The notes below the pieces were generated by a model, which searched no databases, had not been told where the DNA came from, and saw nothing but the letters and a program-made list of their open reading frames with translations. Shown here one piece after another: positions 62,427 through 64,000 of a stretch of 64,000 nucleotides of DNA. How positions within the stretch are numbered: position 1 is the stretch's first letter; every line of letters begins with the position of its first letter. The DNA lies in the NCBI GenBank assembly GCA_958448635.1, contig CAUDEQ010000002.1, positions 5,009 through 69,008 on the forward strand, read 5' to 3'. Both the position numbers and the translations under genes were made by a program. Origin of the DNA: an uncultured Bacillota bacterium. GTDB taxonomy: Bacteria; Bacillota; Clostridia; Peptostreptococcales; Anaerovoracaceae.

Positions 62427-64000
62427 CTACGCGTTCTTGAGTATGGACTTGAACGGACATTTTTCCATACATACGCCGCACTTTACGCACTTGTCCTGAT
62501 CGATAACGAATGGAGTATTCTTGTCGCCGGAAATAGCGCCGGTCGGACAGTTCTTTTTACAGATGCTGCAGCGTTTGCAGACATCGTTGTCTATGATGAA
62601 CTTGATCATGGACTTGCAGACTCCTGCAGGGCACTTCTTTTCAACTACGTGAGCCATGTACTCGTCTCTGAAATATTTCATGGTGGAAAGTACAGGGTTA
62701 GGAGCGCTCTGGCCAAGTCCGCAGAGGGCTGAAGCCTTGATGTTCTTAGCGAGGACCTCAAGCTTATCCAGATCCTCAGGTTCTCCCTTACCTTCGGTGA
62801 TCCTCACAAGGATTTCGTGCATCCTCTTGGTGCCGATACGGCATGGAGGACATTTTCCGCAGGATTCATCTACCGTGAAGTCCAGGAAGAATCTTGCCAG
62901 GTCCACCATACATGTATCCTCGTCCATTACGATGAGCCCGCCCGAACCCATCATGGAGCCCAGCTTCGTCAGCGAATCGTAGTCTATAGGTGTATCCAGG
63001 TACTCGGCAGGAAGACATCCGCCGGAAGGTCCGCCTGTCTGAGCAGCCTTGAAGGACTTGCCGCCCGGTATACCGCCGCCTATATCGTATATGATCTCTC
63101 TGAGGGTAGTTCCCATAGGAACCTCCACCAGACCGATGTTGTTGATCTTGCCGCCCAGTGCGAAAACCTTTGTGCCCTTGGAGCCTTCCGTGCCTATTCC
63201 TCTGAACCAGTCAGCACCGTTTCTGATGATCTGAGGAATGTTGGCATAAGTCTCAACGTTGTTGAGAACAGTAGGCTTCTTCCAGAGTCCTTTTTCTGCA
63301 GACCTTGGCGGCTTAGGTCTAGGTTCGCCTCTCTTCCCTTCGATGGATGTCATAAGGGCTGAGCCTTCTCCGCATACGAAGGCGCCTGCTCCCAGTCTTA
63401 CCTCAAGCTCGAAGTCAAAGCCTTTGCCAAGTATGTTCTTTCCGAGGAAGCCGTATTCCCTGGCCTGCTTTATGGCAACAGCCAGACGCTGTACTGCCAC
63501 AGGGTATTCAGCTCTTACATATATATATCCCTGATGAGCGCCTACGGCATAGCCGTTTATTATCATCGCTTCGATGACCGAATGAGGATCTCCTTCCAGA
63601 ATGGATCTGTCCATGAATGCGCCGGGATCTCCTTCGTCGGCATTGCATATGACGTATTTCTCGTGATCCTGGACTACTGCCGACGATTCCCACTTACGAC
63701 CTGTAGGGAATCCGCCGCCGCCTCTTCCTCTGAGACCTGATTTCTTTATTTCATCTATTACGTCATCAGGCTCGAATTCGTTGAGGACCTTTGACAGAGC
63801 CTGATATCCGTCGAGAGCTATGTATTCGTCTATATTTTCCGGATCTATGATACCGCAGTTGTTGAGCGCTATCCTTCTCTGCATGGAGAAGAAAGGTATC
63901 TGAGGGAGTCTGTCTCTGATCTGTTCGTATTCGTTTTCCCCCGCCAGCAGACGCTTGATGATCTTGCCGCCCTTTATATGGCTTTCGAAGATCTCTTCGA
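62427..64000 (-). CDS. hydB: NADH-binding NuoF-like subunit of electron-bifurcating [FeFe] hydrogenase (HydB/HndC), 5' end beyond window
   Basis: NuoF-like FMN and NAD domain ([10 protein letters not shown]), SLBB, a 4Fe-4S site and two C-terminal ferredoxin motifs. The reading frame continues without a stop through position 64000, so the N-terminal thioredoxin-like domain lies outside the window. Confidence 0.9.
   Translation of the reverse strand, partial: EEIFESHIKGGKIIKRLLAGENEYEQIRDRLPQIPFFSMQRRIALNNCGIIDPENIDEYIALDGYQALSKVLNEFEPDDVIDEIKKSGLRGRGGGGFPTGRKWESSAVVQDHEKYVICNADEGDPGAFMDRSILEGDPHSVIEAMIINGYAVGAHQGYIYVRAEYPVAVQRLAVAIKQAREYGFLGKNILGKGFDFELEVRLGAGAFVCGEGSALMTSIEGKRGEPRPKPPRSAEKGLWKKPTVLNNVETYANIPQIIRNGADWFRGIGTEGSKGTKVFALGGKINNIGLVEVPMGTTLREIIYDIGGGIPGGKSFKAAQTGGPSGGCLPAEYLDTPIDYDSLTKLGSMMGSGGLIVMDEDTCMVDLARFFLDFTVDESCGKCPPCRIGTKRMHEILVRITEGKGEPEDLDKLEVLAKNIKASALCGLGQSAPNPVLSTMKYFRDEYMAHVVEKKCPAGVCKSMIKFIIDNDVCKRCSICKKNCPTGAISGDKNTPFVIDQDKCVKCGVCMEKCPFKSILKNA

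Overview
The window is a core chromosomal region of a low-GC, spore-forming, strictly anaerobic Firmicute (Clostridia-like). The evidence for that placement is spoIIE-tilS-ftsH synteny, [FeFe] hydrogenases, a Na+-pump decarboxylase and GGAGG-type ribosome-binding sites. Almost every gene is recognisable housekeeping or energy metabolism. From left to right: a PucR regulator diverging from a TIM-barrel gene translationally coupled to the cobalamin nucleotide-loop module (cobT, cobU, cobS, a truncated cobU paralog, cobC). Then cysK, a monomeric divergent [FeFe]-hydrogenase homolog, and a complete de novo purine operon (purL-E-C-M-N-F-purO-purH(AICARFT only)-purD) preceded by a PurR-type PurBox operator. 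Then a cytidylate-kinase-like protein and a flavodoxin-ferredoxin fusion, metG, tatD, spoIIE-tilS-ftsH, a second PucR regulator, glyA, the methylmalonyl/glutaconyl-CoA decarboxylase alpha-delta-gamma subunits (no beta), coaX-dusB-cysK2, an APC permease, a CoA-acylating aldehyde dehydrogenase, pilD, truA, comEB, a WecA/TagO-like transferase and a MATE pump. Finally the full F1Fo ATP synthase operon (atpI-like, B, E, F, H, A, G, D, C), a TM1266-like ACT protein, an AEC transporter, an amino-acid ABC transporter, and the start of a bifurcating [FeFe] hydrogenase (hydA complete, hydB truncated at the window edge). No mobile elements, CRISPR arrays, rRNA or tRNA genes were seen. I did not find an obvious new multi-gene system. 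The most noteworthy observations are these: (1) a PurF homolog whose glutaminase nucleophile Cys1 and oxyanion Asn are both replaced; (2) a truncated, P-loop-degenerate CobU paralog inside the cob module; (3) a ~30-nt conserved sequence element shared by two unrelated 5' leaders; (4) several structured intergenic elements of unknown function. My hand-counted coordinates may be off by 1-2 nt. Coding-sequence coordinates follow the supplied ORF track, adjusted by amino-acid offsets where a better start was evident.
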